Source: the human T2T-CHM13v2.0 reference genome, Homo sapiens
NCBI RefSeq assembly: GCF_009914755.1
Contig: NC_060942.1
Reading direction: 5' to 3' (one strand)
DNA length: 64,000 nucleotides
Below, one piece after another: positions 1 through 14,847 of the stretch (its first letter is position 1; each line of letters begins with the position of its first letter). Below the pieces are notes generated by a model. The model was not told the DNA's origin. It searched no databases and saw only the letters and a list, made by a program, of their open reading frames with translations. Made by a program: the position numbers and the translations under genes.

Positions 1-819
1 AGAGCAATGCCTGAGTAATAACAAAAGTGTCAAAGGCATTGGTTTAGGTGATGCAGTTACATATCATTTACTTCATTTATTTGTTAAGATTTCTTGAGAC
101 TAGCCTCTGTTGCTAAGACTTTTTAAAAACAGCACCAGCTGTCTTCCTCCACTAGTCTCCTTTTTCAATTCTAAATATTACCTTCCATCTGGCATGCCAT
201 TGAATCCTAAGGAAAGGACACTTGTAGTCCAGAACAACAGGACATCAAGCTCCTTTGAGTAAACAAATCCTTTTGTCTTGGCTTCTTGGCACCTCAAACT
301 GTATGTATTCTGGAAAATTGCATTTGAGGTTTAACCAATAAGGCAAAGATAGCTGGCCACACATCAGTTTGTTGAGTGGCTACTCTCAGCAGATACCTCC
401 TTGCTGGCATTATATACATGATTGTGTATTGAGAAGGCATGAGGTGATCTTAATGTTGTCATCACTCATGCTTATTTTAATATCAGTATAGTGCTTGTGA
501 AGGTTCTGATTGTTCAACTGAAAGAACAAGTATTTAAGTGAGCAAATGAATGCAAGAATAAAACAAATGAGAACAGTTGCAAGAAAGCGTGCTGGTAATA
601 TATACTCTAAAATTTCAAAGTGCCTGTGGTTTTCCAAGTCATAACTTCTGGAAAATTCTTAGAAATTCGATGATAATATAAATAGAAGAGGAGCCAATCT
701 GATGAGAAATAAAATTAGACAAGTTTCTAAAAAGTAAGAATAGCAATAAAACCTTCTAACTAAATGAAGCCACCAAAAGGCTTTTGGCTGCAAGAAAGAT
801 AATTCAAAATAAAGCATGA

Positions 820-2070
820 AGAACTTCCTGCCAACATGGGATAAGCCCACTATAGCCTACCCCTTCTGCTGATTAAAACTAAAAAGTCTGGACAAAATAT
901 AAAAGCAACTGTATAAGTAAACAAAAGCAGTCAGATGGTGGTGAGGAGTCAAAACTTAAAGGGGCAACCTGTATGGAAATGAGTTTCCTAGTTTGGAAAG
1001 TTTTTCTTTTCTTTTTTTCTTATGGTTTTGCCTTCAGTTGTGAAGGCAACAGTGTGGCACTGGAAACTAAAACTGATAGAAATCTTATTTTCTTGCACCA
1101 CAGGAACCAAGTAAATGAGCTTAGCATTCCAGAGAGTTTGGGGGCAGTTTCCAAGTTTTTTCTCCCTTTACCAGCTTTAACCTAAGACAGACCCAGTTGC
1201 AAAGCTGCATCTGCAGTGCCACAAGAGGAACCAGGAAAAGGGGCCCTTTGGGCCACTGAGTATGGGGGAAGTGTCAGACAAGAAAGCTCTGGAGAAGGGT
1301 GTTCCCTCATTTTGTGTATGGGCAACACAAGTACTATGCTATGCATGCACAAAGCAGACCCAAAGCATTGTAGCAACGCTTTGAGAACTGAACTGAACTC
1401 AAATTAGAACCACTGCTCAGAGGTGAGAAAGAACTCGTGGTGTAAACCAAACTTACTTGATTTTCTGCTAAAACAACAACAAAATATGCTCTATAGGATT
1501 ATAACAAGTCATAGGACCCATAGCCTGCGCAACATAACATTTTAAATGTCCAGGATATAATTCAAAATAGTGCTACCTACAAAAAAAACCCAGAAAATTA
1601 TAACCATCTCTCTAGAGAAAAGATAATTAAGAAATGACAACTCCAGGGTCAACCAGATTTTAGAATAATCAGACAAAGACTTTAAAGCAGCTATTATAGC
1701 AGTTATCGATAGCATAAAGGTAAATACACTTGAAATTAATGGATAGAAGTTCTCAGCAGAGAAATAGAGACTATAAAAAAGGACTAAATGGAAATTTTGG
1801 AACTGGCAAATACAATACCCATAATGAAAAAATTCAGTGGTGGTTTAATTGGCAGAATGGAGTAACAAAGGAAAGAGTCAGTAAATTTGAAGATAGGTCA
1901 ATAGAAACTTAAAACTGGATACAGTCTTAAGAAGGGGAAAAAGAGAGGAAAAAAAAGTTACACAAGAGCCTTAAGGACCTTTGGTATAATATCAGAGGTC
2001 TAACTTTTATGTCATTGGAGTCCTAGAAGGAGAGGAAAAAGATTACATAAACAGAACTAGGAAAGTATAA
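820..2070 (+). mobile_element. Ancient L1M 5'/ORF1 fragment
   Basis: L1M ORF1-type motifs: aaagactttaaagcagctatta, gaaagagtcagtaaatttgaagataggtcaatagaaa, gtcattggagtcctagaaggagagga. Confidence 0.75.
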
Positions 2071-2289
2071 ACAGTTCTCAAAGGAAAAGGCAACTTCTGC
2101 AAAGTGTCCTCTTGAAAAGTTCTTCATAAGACACAAATGAGGACACACCTTCTTTTAAAAATCTTAGGAGCATCTGCAAGTATATAGTCAAGAATGTCAA
2201 TTTAAAGAGTAGGAGATTGTCTTGAAAATAAGGTACTGAAACACTTTCTGTGACAGAGACTGCCATTTTCTTACCTATTATCCATTTTT

Positions 2290-2975
2290 TTACTATCTTT
2301 CTTTCTTAATGCCACTGTTACTGGGAATAACAGTGTCCCTAGTTAAAACCTACATTGCTCAACCTTCTTTGCAGATGGGGTGGCACTGAGGTACAGTTCT
2401 GGCTAGTGAGATGTAAGAAGTTTTTCCATAGAGCTTCTAGGAAATCGCCTTAAGAGGATAGAGGGCCAGGGAGAGGGAGTGGATATAGCAGGCACTACTG
2501 TTATTCCTCTTTTTGTCTTTTGTCCATTCTCTTTTTTTCTCCAGCAGCTGTCTCAACTAGGGGTGATTTTGACCCCCAGGAGAAATTTGGCAATATCTGG
2601 AGATGTTTTTGGTGGTTAAACTGGGGGTTACTATTGTCACCAAGCAAGTTGAGGCCAGGGATATCACTAAACATCCTACAGTGTGCAAGACCATCCACAG
2701 AACAAAGAATTATCTGGTCCAAATATCAACAGGTCAATTTGAAAGCCTCTGTTTTGTGGAATGTTGTTCTAATGTTGGAGATTGAGCAACGATTTTATGG
2801 ATATAAGATGGATAGTCTGTGTCTGAGCCAAAAGATAAAAGAAACTGAAGTCCCTGATGGCATTGTAAGGCTGCTGAAATAGCCCCAGATTTTGTACTTC
2901 CAGAGACTTCATTACAAGGAAAAGAAAATACCTGTACCTAATTTGTTTAAGCCAATGAGTTTCTCTTCCCATACA
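2290..2975. mobile_element. Old ERVL/MaLR-type LTR remnant interrupted by MER20
   Basis: Motifs acagttctggctagtgagatgtaag and gtccctgatggcattg...tttgtttaagcca resemble LTR16/LTR33/MLT1-type LTRs. Confidence 0.45.
2543..2751 (+). mobile_element. MER20 (hAT-Charlie MITE)
   Basis: ggggtgattttgacccccagg...tttggcaatatctggaga...gaggccagggata...aaacatcctacagtg...aaagaattatctggtccaaat matches MER20. Confidence 0.85.
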
Positions 2976-3229
2976 TAGTTCGTAATTATCTGAGAGTATT
3001 TATTCAGAAAATGTTAGTCATAAAAATTAGGCAGCTGAAATAGAAATTGTTATGAAAAGGCCTTAGGCATTAGAAACACTAAGGAAAAGCTTACCATGAT
3101 ATAGCTGAGCAAAGCGTATCATGGAAAATATACTTGCTGAGTAGAAGAGCATAACATCTTGCAAAATATCAGAATTGCTGGGCTACAGTAATAAATTTGC
3201 CTCTTGCTTAGAGAATAAAGATATCTTAA

Positions 3230-3538
<309 letters not shown>

Positions 3539-4284
3539 CTAAAAGGAATTGATACCATTTTGTGGATCTCTTTAATGAGGCAATTTTCTGTTGCTATTAA
3601 ATGTATTCATTCTGGTGCCAGAATTTGGTCACTCTGCTTAGCTTGGATCACATAAGGACTTAACAAAGTGCTTTAGTCTTCACTGCAGATCCACTAAAGG
3701 GAAGGTGATGGAGATAAGCATTGTCTGTACTGTGGAAGAATAAGAGTTAATGTGTTGGTTGGGCTCTTTGAGATCCTTTCTGATTACTGAGGCAACATCA
3801 AAGCTAAACATTATGTCTAACCTTGGAACCTGATTAAAATGATACTGTCATTTGAGATTATACCACACTGTGACTTAGGGAATTAAAGCTGTTTGTCTGA
3901 TTTAAGAGGATAGAGGTGTATATAGCAATAATTGACAGAAACAAAAAAAATGAAATATTCAACATAGAAAAATTTTCTAACCATGAAATTGCTTCATGCT
4001 CTCAAGAAAGTGGTAAAATTTTTTGGTTATATGCATGCAGTACCATATTCACTTAAATTATAGCTATGCTACAAGTAGCCATTTGTGAGATACAAGAAGC
4101 TTAGTGCACTTGTAAGTTTACAACTGTGACAGCCTAGCTCTCACTGCAGAAATTTAGGGGCTGAAAAACACCCCTAAATCTTCTAATCTTTTCCCTTGCT
4201 ATTATAGGAAACCGTATGTTAGTAAAAGATATAGATTCTGCCCTAAAGGGTTTCAGTCTAATTAAGGAAACAGTGCATATGTGA

Positions 4285-4580
4285 TCTGTCCACTAATATC
4301 TCAAACTTAGCATAGCTATAATTGAACTCTTGATTTTCCTCCCTAACCTGCCACTACATTACCTATCCACCTCAGTAAATGGCATTCCCATTCTTTTTAT
4401 TTCTTAAGGAAAAAAAGGCTTTGGAGTCATAATTGACTTCTCTCTATTCTCGCACTCCAGATCCAATCCATCACCAAATCCAGTGCACTCTTCATTGTAA
4501 ATAAATCCCAAGTCCTACCATTTCTTACCAACTTCACTGCTCTCATCCTAATCCAAGTCTACTTTTCACCTGAATTAACT
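4285..4580 (+). mobile_element. L2 fragment
   Basis: ctcaaacttagcat...gaactcttgatt...cctcagtaaatggca...ggagtcat...atccaatccatcaccaaatcc. Confidence 0.75.
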
Positions 4581-5033
4581 TGTAGGTATTTACCCAAATG
4601 AAATGAAAATGTACCTGCACATGAAAGCTGGTATGTGAGTCTTTATAGTGGCTTTATTGATATTCACTAAAAAAAGGAAATAATTTAAATGATCCTACAG
4701 AGCAATAAAGGGAAATAACTTGGCACGCACAGTATACATACATGAATCTCAAATGCTAAGTGAAAGAAGCCAAACTCAAAAGGTTATATACTGTATGAAT
4801 ACATTTTTATGACATCCCAGAAAAGGAAAACTACAGAGACATAAATCAATGGGCTGAAGTTGGAGGAGAGGTTGATTACACAGGAGCATGGGTAATTTTT
4901 AGTGTGATGGAATTACCTTAATTTTTGTGATGATTACCCAGCTGTATTTATCAAAACTTGAAAAATTATACAGTAAGAAAGATGAATATTACTGTGTATA
5001 AATTGTACCTGAATTTAGAAAAAGAAAAAAAAA
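4581..5033 (+). mobile_element. Old L1M 3' end
   Basis: aggtatttacccaaatgaaatgaaaa...atgctaagtgaaagaagccaaactcaaaagg...tgtataaattgtacct followed by an A-rich tail. Confidence 0.8.
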
Positions 5034-5061
5034 GGCCGCATTTTTAGTAATATCAAAAGAT

Positions 5062-5670
5062 TGTCAGTCAGGATTCAGGATGGGAAATAGAAACTACCTT
5101 TGTAGGTATTTTGACAGGAAGGAATGTAATACTTGAAAATAAGTATATTAAATCTTTGAAAGGAACGAAGAAGCGGGTTCTAGGTTAGACTTCCAGTAGT
5201 GACTTCAGAACAATATAGAACTAATATACTAAGACAGTAATTCTCTGAGACCAACACTGGAGCTGTGTTGGAATCAGAAGCAATCTATTTGCCACTTTCA
5301 CAACTGTTTCTGAACACCCAGGAAACTAGAGAATAGACTCCCATCCATGAAATCTAGGCATTTAGAGGCCAGATCGACCAACAAGTCATTGGTGTTTCTG
5401 CTGCTTCCACAACTGCTTCTTCTTACCCAGAAAACTAAAATGTATTCCCTGGGATGTCATTGCTGGGAAGAATTTTTATGTTTTCACCATTGTGCTTGCC
5501 AGTGGTAACAAAAAGGAAACCTCCAAAATTATGTGAAATAGGCAGAACCTAATTGACTTCCACAGAGCTCTGGCTGCAAGGGAGTGTGGAATATATGATT
5601 TATAGATTCCCAAATTTTATAATTATATGGAGGGAAGTAGAGTGAACCAAGCCTCAGTAGTCAACACAGT
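5062..5670. mobile_element. Degenerate MLT1-like LTR
   Basis: Starts tgtcagtcaggattc and contains ggctgcaagggagtgtggaa. Confidence 0.4.
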
Positions 5671-6239
5671 ATCTAACTTTGCATTAATAAGTGACTGTTT
5701 AAACAAATTATGGTATCTTACACAGTAGATGAATGATTTAACCAGGCTGTGGGTGTTCTGTAAGCTAGAGACTAATTGCACTCTGGAGTGTAGTTTAATA
5801 AATTCTGGTTATTTTAACATTGGACTCTTAAATGTATCCTATAGCAAAGCTAATAATCTATATTGCAGTTTTTGTAATACTGATTTTAAATTTGGCTAAA
5901 AGCATAGCTATTTCTTTCTTTTAATTTCCCTGAAAATTTTATTTTATTGTTTCAGAATTGAAAAGTTTATGTCCCTTTTTGGGACAGCATGGGGGTTTAT
6001 ACTCAGTGGAATATCAAAGGCTCATAACATTATAAGAAATGGGGTAAAAATAATAGGGAGGTAATTCTCTATATTGTTTATTTCTGCTGACGTTAGTAAC
6101 TCCCTGGGTGGCAATCACATATATTTAGAAATTTCATTAACATCTTAAGGCCATTTTGGTGTTAGTTAATAAATTATAGTTTCATCATATTAAAATAGCA
6201 CCTGGATGGTCAGTCCTGTGGACTTTCAGAGACAGGATA

Positions 6240-6405
6240 GGGTAGCAAGGCACTAGTATTTGGAATTAGGAACAAGAGCTCAACTAGGGAGTTAGATCAC
6301 CTAAGTATAATATTTAGTGCCACAATTTACTACTTATATGACCTTTGAAAAATTAAATAATCTATAGACTTCCTCATATATAAAATGGTAATCAACATAG
6401 AACAT
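6240..6405 (+). mobile_element. MIR fragment
   Basis: MIR core-like tgacctttgaaaa...ttcctcatatataaaatgg. Confidence 0.55.
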
Positions 6406-7519
6406 AGAGCTTTTTGTTTTCAACTTTTATTTTTATGGGGTACATGTGCAAGTTTGTTATCTGGATATATTAAATGATGCTGAGGTTTGGGGTACAAACG
6501 ATCCTGTCACCCAGATACTAAGAATGGTACTTAACAGTTTTTCATACTTTGCCCATCCCCCTCACTCCCCACAGTACTCCCCAGTGTCTATTGTTGCCAT
6601 CTTCATATCCATGAGTGCCTTATATTTAGCTCCCACTTATAAATGAGAACATGTAGTATTTGGTTTTCTGTTCCTGCATTAATTCACTTAGGAAAATGGC
6701 CTCCAACTGCATTCATGTTTCTGCAAAGGACATGATTCCATTCTTTTTATGGCTGTGAGGTATCCCATGGTATATGTGTACCACATTTTCTTTATCTGAT
6801 TCACTATTGATAGGCATCTAGGTTGATTCCATGTCTTTGCTATTATGAATAGCTCTGTGATGAACATGCAAGTACATGTGCCTTTTTGGTAGAATGATTT
6901 ATTTTCTTTTGCATACATACCCAGTAATGGGATTGGTTGGTTGAATGGCAGTTCTGTTTTAAGTTTCTTGAGAAATCTCCAGACTGCTTTCTACAGTGGC
7001 TGAGCTAATTTACATTCACAGCAACAGTGTATGAACAGTCCTTTTCTCCGCATCCTCGCCAGCATCTGTTTTTTTGTTTACATTTTTACTAATAGTCATT
7101 CTGACTGGTGTAAGATGGTATCTCATTGTGGTTTTGATTTTCATTTCTCTGATGATTAGTGATGATGTGAATTTTTTATGTTTGTTGGCCACTTGTGTGT
7201 CTTCTTTTGAGAAGTGTCCGTTCATGTCTTTTGCCCATTTTTTATGATGGCATTTGGTTTTTGCTTGTTGAATTAAATTCCTTACAAATTATGGATATTA
7301 GACCTCTGTTGGTTGCATTGCATGCAAATATTTTCTTCCATTCTGTAGATTGTCTGCTTTCTTTTGATAATTATTTTTGCTCTGCAGACGTTCTTTAGTT
7401 TAATTGGATCCAACTTTTGATTTTTGTTTTTGTTGAAATTGCTTCTGAGAACCTAGTTATAAATGCTTTCCCAAGGCCCATGTCCCAAATGATGTTTCTG
7501 AGGTTTTCTTCTAGGATTC

Positions 7520-7912
7520 TGTATTAGTTTGTTCTCGCATTGCTGTAGAGAAATACCTGAGACTGGGTAATTTATAAAGAAGAGTTTTAGTTGGCTTGCA
7601 GTTCCTCAGGCTGTACAGGAAGCATGGCAGGACCTGCTTCTGAGGAGGCCTCAGGAAACTTACAATCATGGCAGAAGATGAATGGGAAGCAGGCACATCT
7701 TAAATGGCCAGAGCAGGAGGAAGAGAGGGGTCAAGGGAGGTGCTACACACTTTTAGACAACCAAATCTCATGAGAACTTGGGACAGTACCAAGGGGGAAA
7801 TCCATCCCCATAATACAGTCACCTCCCACCTCCAACACTGGGAATTACAATTCAATGTGAGATTTGGGTGGAGACACCCAAACCGTATCAAATTCAGATC
7901 CAAACCATATCA
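7520..7912 (-). mobile_element. MSTA/MSTB solo LTR (MaLR)
   Basis: tgtattagt...gagactgggtaatttataaaga...ccaaaccatatca, with 5-bp TSD gattc at 7515-7519 and 7913-7917. Confidence 0.9.
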
Positions 7913-7942
7913 GATTCTTACAGTTTGAGGTCTTACATTTAA

Positions 7943-8224
<282 letters not shown>

Positions 8225-11200
8225 GAGTTAATTTTTGTATACTGTGAAAGGTAGGGATCTAGTTTTGTTCTTCTCCATATGGCTAGTCACTTATCCCAGC
8301 ACCATTAATTGAACAAGGAGTCTTTCCCATTGCTTGTTTTTGTCAGTTTGTCAAAGATCAGATGGCTCTTGTTGTGTGGACTTATTTCTGGGTTTTCTAT
8401 TCTGTTCCATTGGTCTACGTGTCTGTTTTTGTACCAGTACCGTGCTGTTTTGGTTACTATATCCTTGTAGTATAGTTTGAAGTCAGGTAGTGTAATGCAT
8501 CCAACTTTGTTCTTTTTCTTTAGGATTGCTTTGGCTATTCAAGCTCTTTTTTTGGTTTCATATGATTTTAGAGTAGTTTTTTTTCCAATTATGTGAAAAA
8601 TGACATGACTAGTTTGGTACAAATACTGTCTATCTGTAGATTGCTTTGGGCAGTATGGCCATTTTAACTATATTGATTCTTCTAATCCATGAGCATGGAA
8701 TGTTTTTTCATTTGTTTGTGTCACTTGTGATTTCTTTCTGCAGTGTTTTGTAGTTCTCCTTGTAGAAATTTTTCACCTCTTGGCTAGATGTATTCCTAGG
8801 TATCTTTTTGTGTGTATGAGGCTATTGTAAATGTGATTGTATTCTTGTTTTAGCACTCAGCTTGAACATTGTTGGTGTATAGAAATGCTACTCATTTTTC
8901 TAAACTTATTTTGTATCCTAAAACTTTGCTGAAGTCATTTAGCAGTTCCAGGAGCCTTTTGATGGAGTCTTTAGGGTTTCCTGGATATAGAATCATATGG
9001 TCCATGAGGAGAGAGAGTTTGACTTCTTTTCCTATTTGATTGCCTTCTATTTCTTTCTCTTGCCTGATTGCTGTGGCTAGCACTTCCAGTACTATGTTGA
9101 GTAAGAGTGGTAAGAGTGAGTATCCTTGTTTTGTTTCAGTTATCAAGGGGAATGCTTCCGGTTTTTGCCTGTTTAGCATGGTGATAGTTGTAGCTTTGTC
9201 TTAGATAGCTCTTATTATTTTGAGGAATGTTCCTTTAATGCCTAGTTTCTTTAGGGTTTTATCATGGAGTGATGTTGGATTTTATTGAAAGCTATTTTGC
9301 ATCTATCGAGATGATCATATGGTTTTTGTTTTTAATTCTGTTTATGTGGTAAATCATAGTTATTAAATTGTATTTGTTGAACCAACCTTGCATCCCAGGA
9401 ACAAAGCCTACTTGATCATAGTGAATTAACTTTTGTTATGATTTTGTTCAGGATTTTTATGTCTGTCTTCATCAGAGACATTGGCCCGTAGTTTTTATTT
9501 TTCATTGTATCTGTATCAGATTCTGGTATCAGGATGATATTGGCTTTGTAAAGTCCCTCCTCCTTGATTTTTAGTAAAAACAGTTTCAGTAGAATTGGTA
9601 CCAGCTCTTCTTTATATGTCTGGTAGAAATCAACTGTGAATCCATCTGGTCTGGGGCTTTTTGTTTGTTTGTTTGTAGGCTTTTTATTACTGATTCAATT
9701 TCAAAACTCAATATTGTTCTGTTCAGTGTTTCAGTTTCTTCCTGATTCAATTTTGGGAGATTGTGTGTTTCCAGGAATTTCTCCATTTCCTCTAGATTTT
9801 CTAGTTTATGTGAGAAGAAGTGTTCACAGTAGTGTCTGAGGATCTTTTGTATTTCTGTGGTATTGGTTGTGATGTCACCTTTGTTGGTTCTGTTTGTACT
9901 TACTTGGATCTTCTCTCTTCTTTTCTTTATTAATCTAGCTAACATTCTACCAATCTTGTTTATCCTTTCAAATAACCAATGTTTGGTTTCATCAATTCTT
10001 TGTATGGATTTTTGGGCCTCAATTTCATTCAGTTCCACTCTGATTTTAGTTACTTCTTTTCTTCTGCCAGTTAGGGATTAGTTTGCTCTTGTTTCTCTAG
10101 TTCCTCTAGGTGTGATGTTAGATCATTAATTTGAGATCTTCCTAACTTTTTGAGGTCATTTACGACTTTAAACTTTTCTCTTAACATGGCTTTTGCTGTA
10201 TCTCAGATATTTTGGTATGTCTCCTTTTTCATTTATTTCAAAGAATTTTTTTATTTCTGCCTTGATTTTGTCATTTACCCAAAAGTCCTTCAGGAGCAAG
10301 TTGTTTAATTTCTATGTAATTGTGTGGTTTTCAGAGGTCTTCTGATATTATAATAATTTCTATTTTCATTCCACAGTGGTCTGAAAGTATGGTTGATACG
10401 ATTTCAATTTTTTTAATTTATTGAGACTTGCTTTACTGTTAAGAATGTAGTCAATCTTTTAGTATGTTCTGTGTGCAGATGAGAAGAATGTATATTCTGT
10501 GGTTGATGGGTCATGTACTCTATAGATTTTTATTACATCCAATTGTTCAGGTGTGAAGTTTAAGTCCAGAATTTCTTTGTTAGTTTTCTGCCTCAGTGAT
10601 CTGTCTTATGCCGTCACTAGAGTGTTGAAGTCCTCCAATACTATTGTGTGACTGTTTAAGTTTTTTCATAGGTTTAGAAGTACTTGTTTTTGTGAATCTG
10701 GGTGCTCCAATGTTGTGTATATCTATACTTAGGATAGTTAAGATTTATCTAATTGAACCCTTTATTGTTATAGAATGCCTTTCTGTCCTTTTTTAGGATT
10801 ATTAGTTTAAACTCTGTTTTGTCAGGTATTAGAATAGTGACCCCTTCTCTTTTTTTGTTTTCTATTTATGCGGTACATCTTTCTCCAATCCTTTACTTTG
10901 ATCCTATCAGTATCATTATGTGTGAGATGGATCTCTTGAAGACAGTAGATGTATAGGTCTTGTATTTTTCTCCAACTTTGTCACTCTGTGCCTTTTAAGT
11001 GGGTCATTTAGACCATTTATATTCAAGGCTAATATTGATATATGAGGTTTTGATCCTATCTTGAAGTTGTTCAGCTGGTTGCCTTGTACTTTCTATTGTG
11101 TTTTTGGTTTATAGTCTCGTGGGTTATGTACTTAGGTGTGTTTTTGTGGTCACAGGTATCATTTTTTGTTTCCATACTTAGAACTCCCGTAAGGCTCTCT

Positions 11201-12599
11201 TGGAAGGCTGGTCTAGTGGTAATGAATTTCCTTAGTGCTTGCTTGTCTGGAAAAGATTTTATTTCTCCTTTACCGCACAAACTGAAGTTTGGAGGGATGT
11301 CATATTCTTCCCTGGAATTTTTTTCTTTCCTTAAGAATGCTGAAAATAGGCTCCCAATCTCTCCTGGCCTGTAAGGTTTCTGCAAAGAAGCCCACTGTTA
11401 GCCTGATGAGGTTCCCTTTTTTTGTGATTCATTCTTTTTCTCTAGCTGCCTTTAAGATTTTTTTCATTTAGCATTGACCTTGAACCTTCTGACTATTATA
11501 TGCCTTGGTGATTATTTAGTATAGTATCTTCCAGGTGATCTCTGGATTTCTTGTCTGCATGTCTACCTTTCTGGCATAATTAAAGAAGTTTTTTTGAACT
11601 GTTTCCTCAAGTATATTTTCCAGATTGTTTCCTTTTTATCCTATCTCAGGAATGCTAATAATTGGAAGGTTTGGTTTCTTTACATAATCCCAAGGTTCTC
11701 ACAGACTTTTGCCAGACTGGGTTAGTTAGAAAGATCAGTCCTCAATCTCTGAAACAGTTTCTTCTGCTTAGTCCAGTCTATTGATAAAGCTTTCATTTGT
11801 ATTTTGAAATTCCTTAAGTGAGTTTTTCAATTCCAGAGGCACTGAATGATTTTTTTTTTAATGATTTTTATGTCTTTTTTCATTTCCTAGATTGCTCTAG
11901 AAGTTTCTTTGTTTTCATTTTTAACCTTGTCTTGAATCTCATCGACCTTCCTTGCAAGCCATGCTTTGGATTCTTTATCTGCCATTTCTAAGTTTCTGTT
12001 TTGGTTACAGACCATTGCTGGAGAGTTAGTTCAGTACTTTTGTGGTATCATTACATTCAAATTTTTCATAGTGCCAGAATTCATGCTCTGATTCCTTCTC
12101 ATCTGATGATGCTGGCACTTCTAATTTTTTGTAATTATTTTTGTGCAGGCAGGATATTTTCTTTTTTCCTATGGTGTTATTGTTGTTGTTTTATTTTTTT
12201 TCTTTACCTTTTCCTGCCCCCTCCTCCCCACCCCCCTCCGAGTGTGACTGTGGAGAATGCTGAGTAGGGTCTTTTGGCTTTTGGCTTTGCTTCAGTAGCC
12301 CTGTGCACTTCTTTTGGCAGGTTTTATATTTGGCTGTGCAGTTCATCCTACGAGCCCATAGATGGCACTTATAGGTCAGAGCTTGCTGCAGCCAATATGA
12401 CTGGGTGTATACTTGATCCTTGTTTACTGGCAGAAGTTCTCTGTTGCCTTAGGCAATGAGCTGGTTCATGGAATGCACAGTGGTGTGAGCTCCCTGATCA
12501 ACCTCACGGTGCCGGGAGGCAAGAACCAGGAACAACAGATCTGGACCAGGCAGGTACACCTACAGATCCCCTGATGGCAGGCACAAGCACCAGTGCCTA

Positions 12600-13169
12600 C
12601 GGGGATGGCCACCATGTGCTCAGAGATGTGCCTAGGCATTGAACTGTGAAACCTCCTTGGCTCCAAGTTCTCTGCATGGGGATGGGCAGCAACTTACACT
12701 CTTAATCCAAGCGGGTGTTCCAGATGTCTTGACTATCCACCTGGGCGTGGAACAGAGAAGGCCCCATGCACCAAGATCTCTGCATAGGAGGTGTGGAGTG
12801 TCTCAGACTGCTGGAAGAGGCAAGCAGTTTCTTTGAATGCCTGGAGATCTGCCTGGGCATGGAGTGTAGAGGGTTTCGCTATACCATGACCTATGTCCAG
12901 GAAAGGTAAGGTGGCTCAGGCTGCTGAAACAGATGAGTGGGTACAACAAATGTCTGATGATTTGCCTGGGCATGAAGGAGAGAGGGTCTTCCTGTACCAG
13001 GATGTTCACACAGGAAGGGTGGGGGATGGGGGCCAGTCTACTGGTCCAGGTGAGTGATGCTCCAAATGCGTGGAGATCTGCCTCAGCACGGAGCAGAGGG
13101 CCCTTTTGCACGAAGATCTCTGCACAGGTGGGGTGGGGTGATTAAGGCTGCTGGACACAGCTAGCAGGT
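12600..13169 (-). repeat. Degenerate tandem monomers (~109-116 bp, about 5 copies) in the L1 5'UTR
   Basis: Anchor cct(g/a)ggc(a/g)t or a variant recurs at 12631, 12740, 12852, 12965 and 13081. Confidence 0.8.
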
Positions 13170-13171
13170 GA

Positions 13172-13516
<345 letters not shown>

Positions 13517-14727
13517 TAACTTCTCTCATGCAAAATTAACTTGAAAGTTTACAGCGCATGTTAGATTTCCTAATATTCAGAATACTGTATATAAATTTAG
13601 ACGAACAGGAATTTTTCAGAATGGTAAACAGTATGTAAGAGAACTGTACCAGCTTCCTTTGTAAAGGAAATCAGCTACAGATAAATGATCAATTTTATGT
13701 AGAATCAGTGGCAAATATGTAATAGAATTTAATCCTGTCTCTTGGCTGTGAAATGCAAACATTGCTTTCCAGAAGGTGTATGGATCACCTTTTAAAGGAA
13801 TGGCCTGATGGCATCCTTTCAGATATCATCTGCTCGAAATAGTTTGTGTATGTCCATGTTCCTGTTTGCACATACGCACGTAGGAATGACTGAGTTGGCT
13901 CATTCAAAACTAAAGCTTCAGGGAAAAGTACTTTAGTCTGTGAACACAAGTCTTGTGTTAATTTCTGCCCTTCTTACCCCCACAGAATAAAAATTCAACT
14001 TTTAAAGTATTTTTAAATAAAAAATAAGCTGCCTCATTTTAAAGTGTACCTTTAATGAGATTAGAGTGAATTGCCTGAGAAGCTAAATGACCAGACTTGC
14101 CCTAACAGATTTTAATTATTTGTATAGGACTCCCCAAATGAAGACTCACAATAGCCATTTTAACTATACTAGAGCTGCTCTTTCATCTTCATTACAAGCT
14201 TCAGACCCTAAACAAAGCATGAAGCTGGGCAGTGCACTGTTTAATTTCAAATTGGATTTTTCATTATGTTTTATGATAACTTTTTATTTTTATCAAGTTG
14301 AATCTCAGCCTTCTGTTAGACTCAAGAAGATTTATAGCATATGATCTGTGTACTTATTTGGACAAACAAATGCAATAAATCAGCCTATTCTTTTCAATAA
14401 AATGTTATTAATAGAACACATTATTCTGTTCGATATTATGTTATCTTTAAAATTAAGCAGAACATTAGTGGCAATGAAACTAGTTTCAATCAATATGTTC
14501 TTATAATGAAACCTATTGTATGAGAAACTTTTCTTTTTAAAGAGGAAAAATGCCCTTAGCACAACAACCAAATTCTGACTCTCAATATGGCATTTCACAG
14601 CTTCTATGAATTATTTATTAGGATTTCTTTGCATTTGTTTTGGTATTTACAATAGTTTCTTGAAAGTTACCATGAAGCAGTTAGAACATGAATGTTCCTT
14701 AAATGATATTTTTTTAAGTGAGGAATT

Positions 14728-14847
14728 GGGGTCTCCTCTCTTGGCTTTGGAACCCCCCTCCCTCTGTCTCTGTACAGGGGAGCTTCTTCTTTTTTCTCTT
14801 TTCTTTCTTGTCTATTAAACTTTCTGCTCCTTAAAACCAAAAAAAAA
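14728..14847 (+). mobile_element. Polyadenylated ERV1 (MER4-group-like) LTR fragment
   Basis: LTR R-region-like ...cttgtctATTAAActttctgctccttaaaacc followed by A9. Confidence 0.7.

Noticed and set aside
4148-4184. Short hairpins in unique DNA (atttagggg/cccctaaat; also 41738-41763, 58460-58480, 61076-61110)
   Set aside because: Stems of 8-11 bp are expected by chance in 64 kb of AT-rich DNA. They have no miRNA-length stem, and terminator logic does not apply to a eukaryotic intron.
12600-13169. Periodic repeats considered as a CRISPR-like array
   Set aside because: Whole units are degenerate copies without unique spacers, they sit in an L1 5'UTR, and there are no cas genes in this primate DNA.
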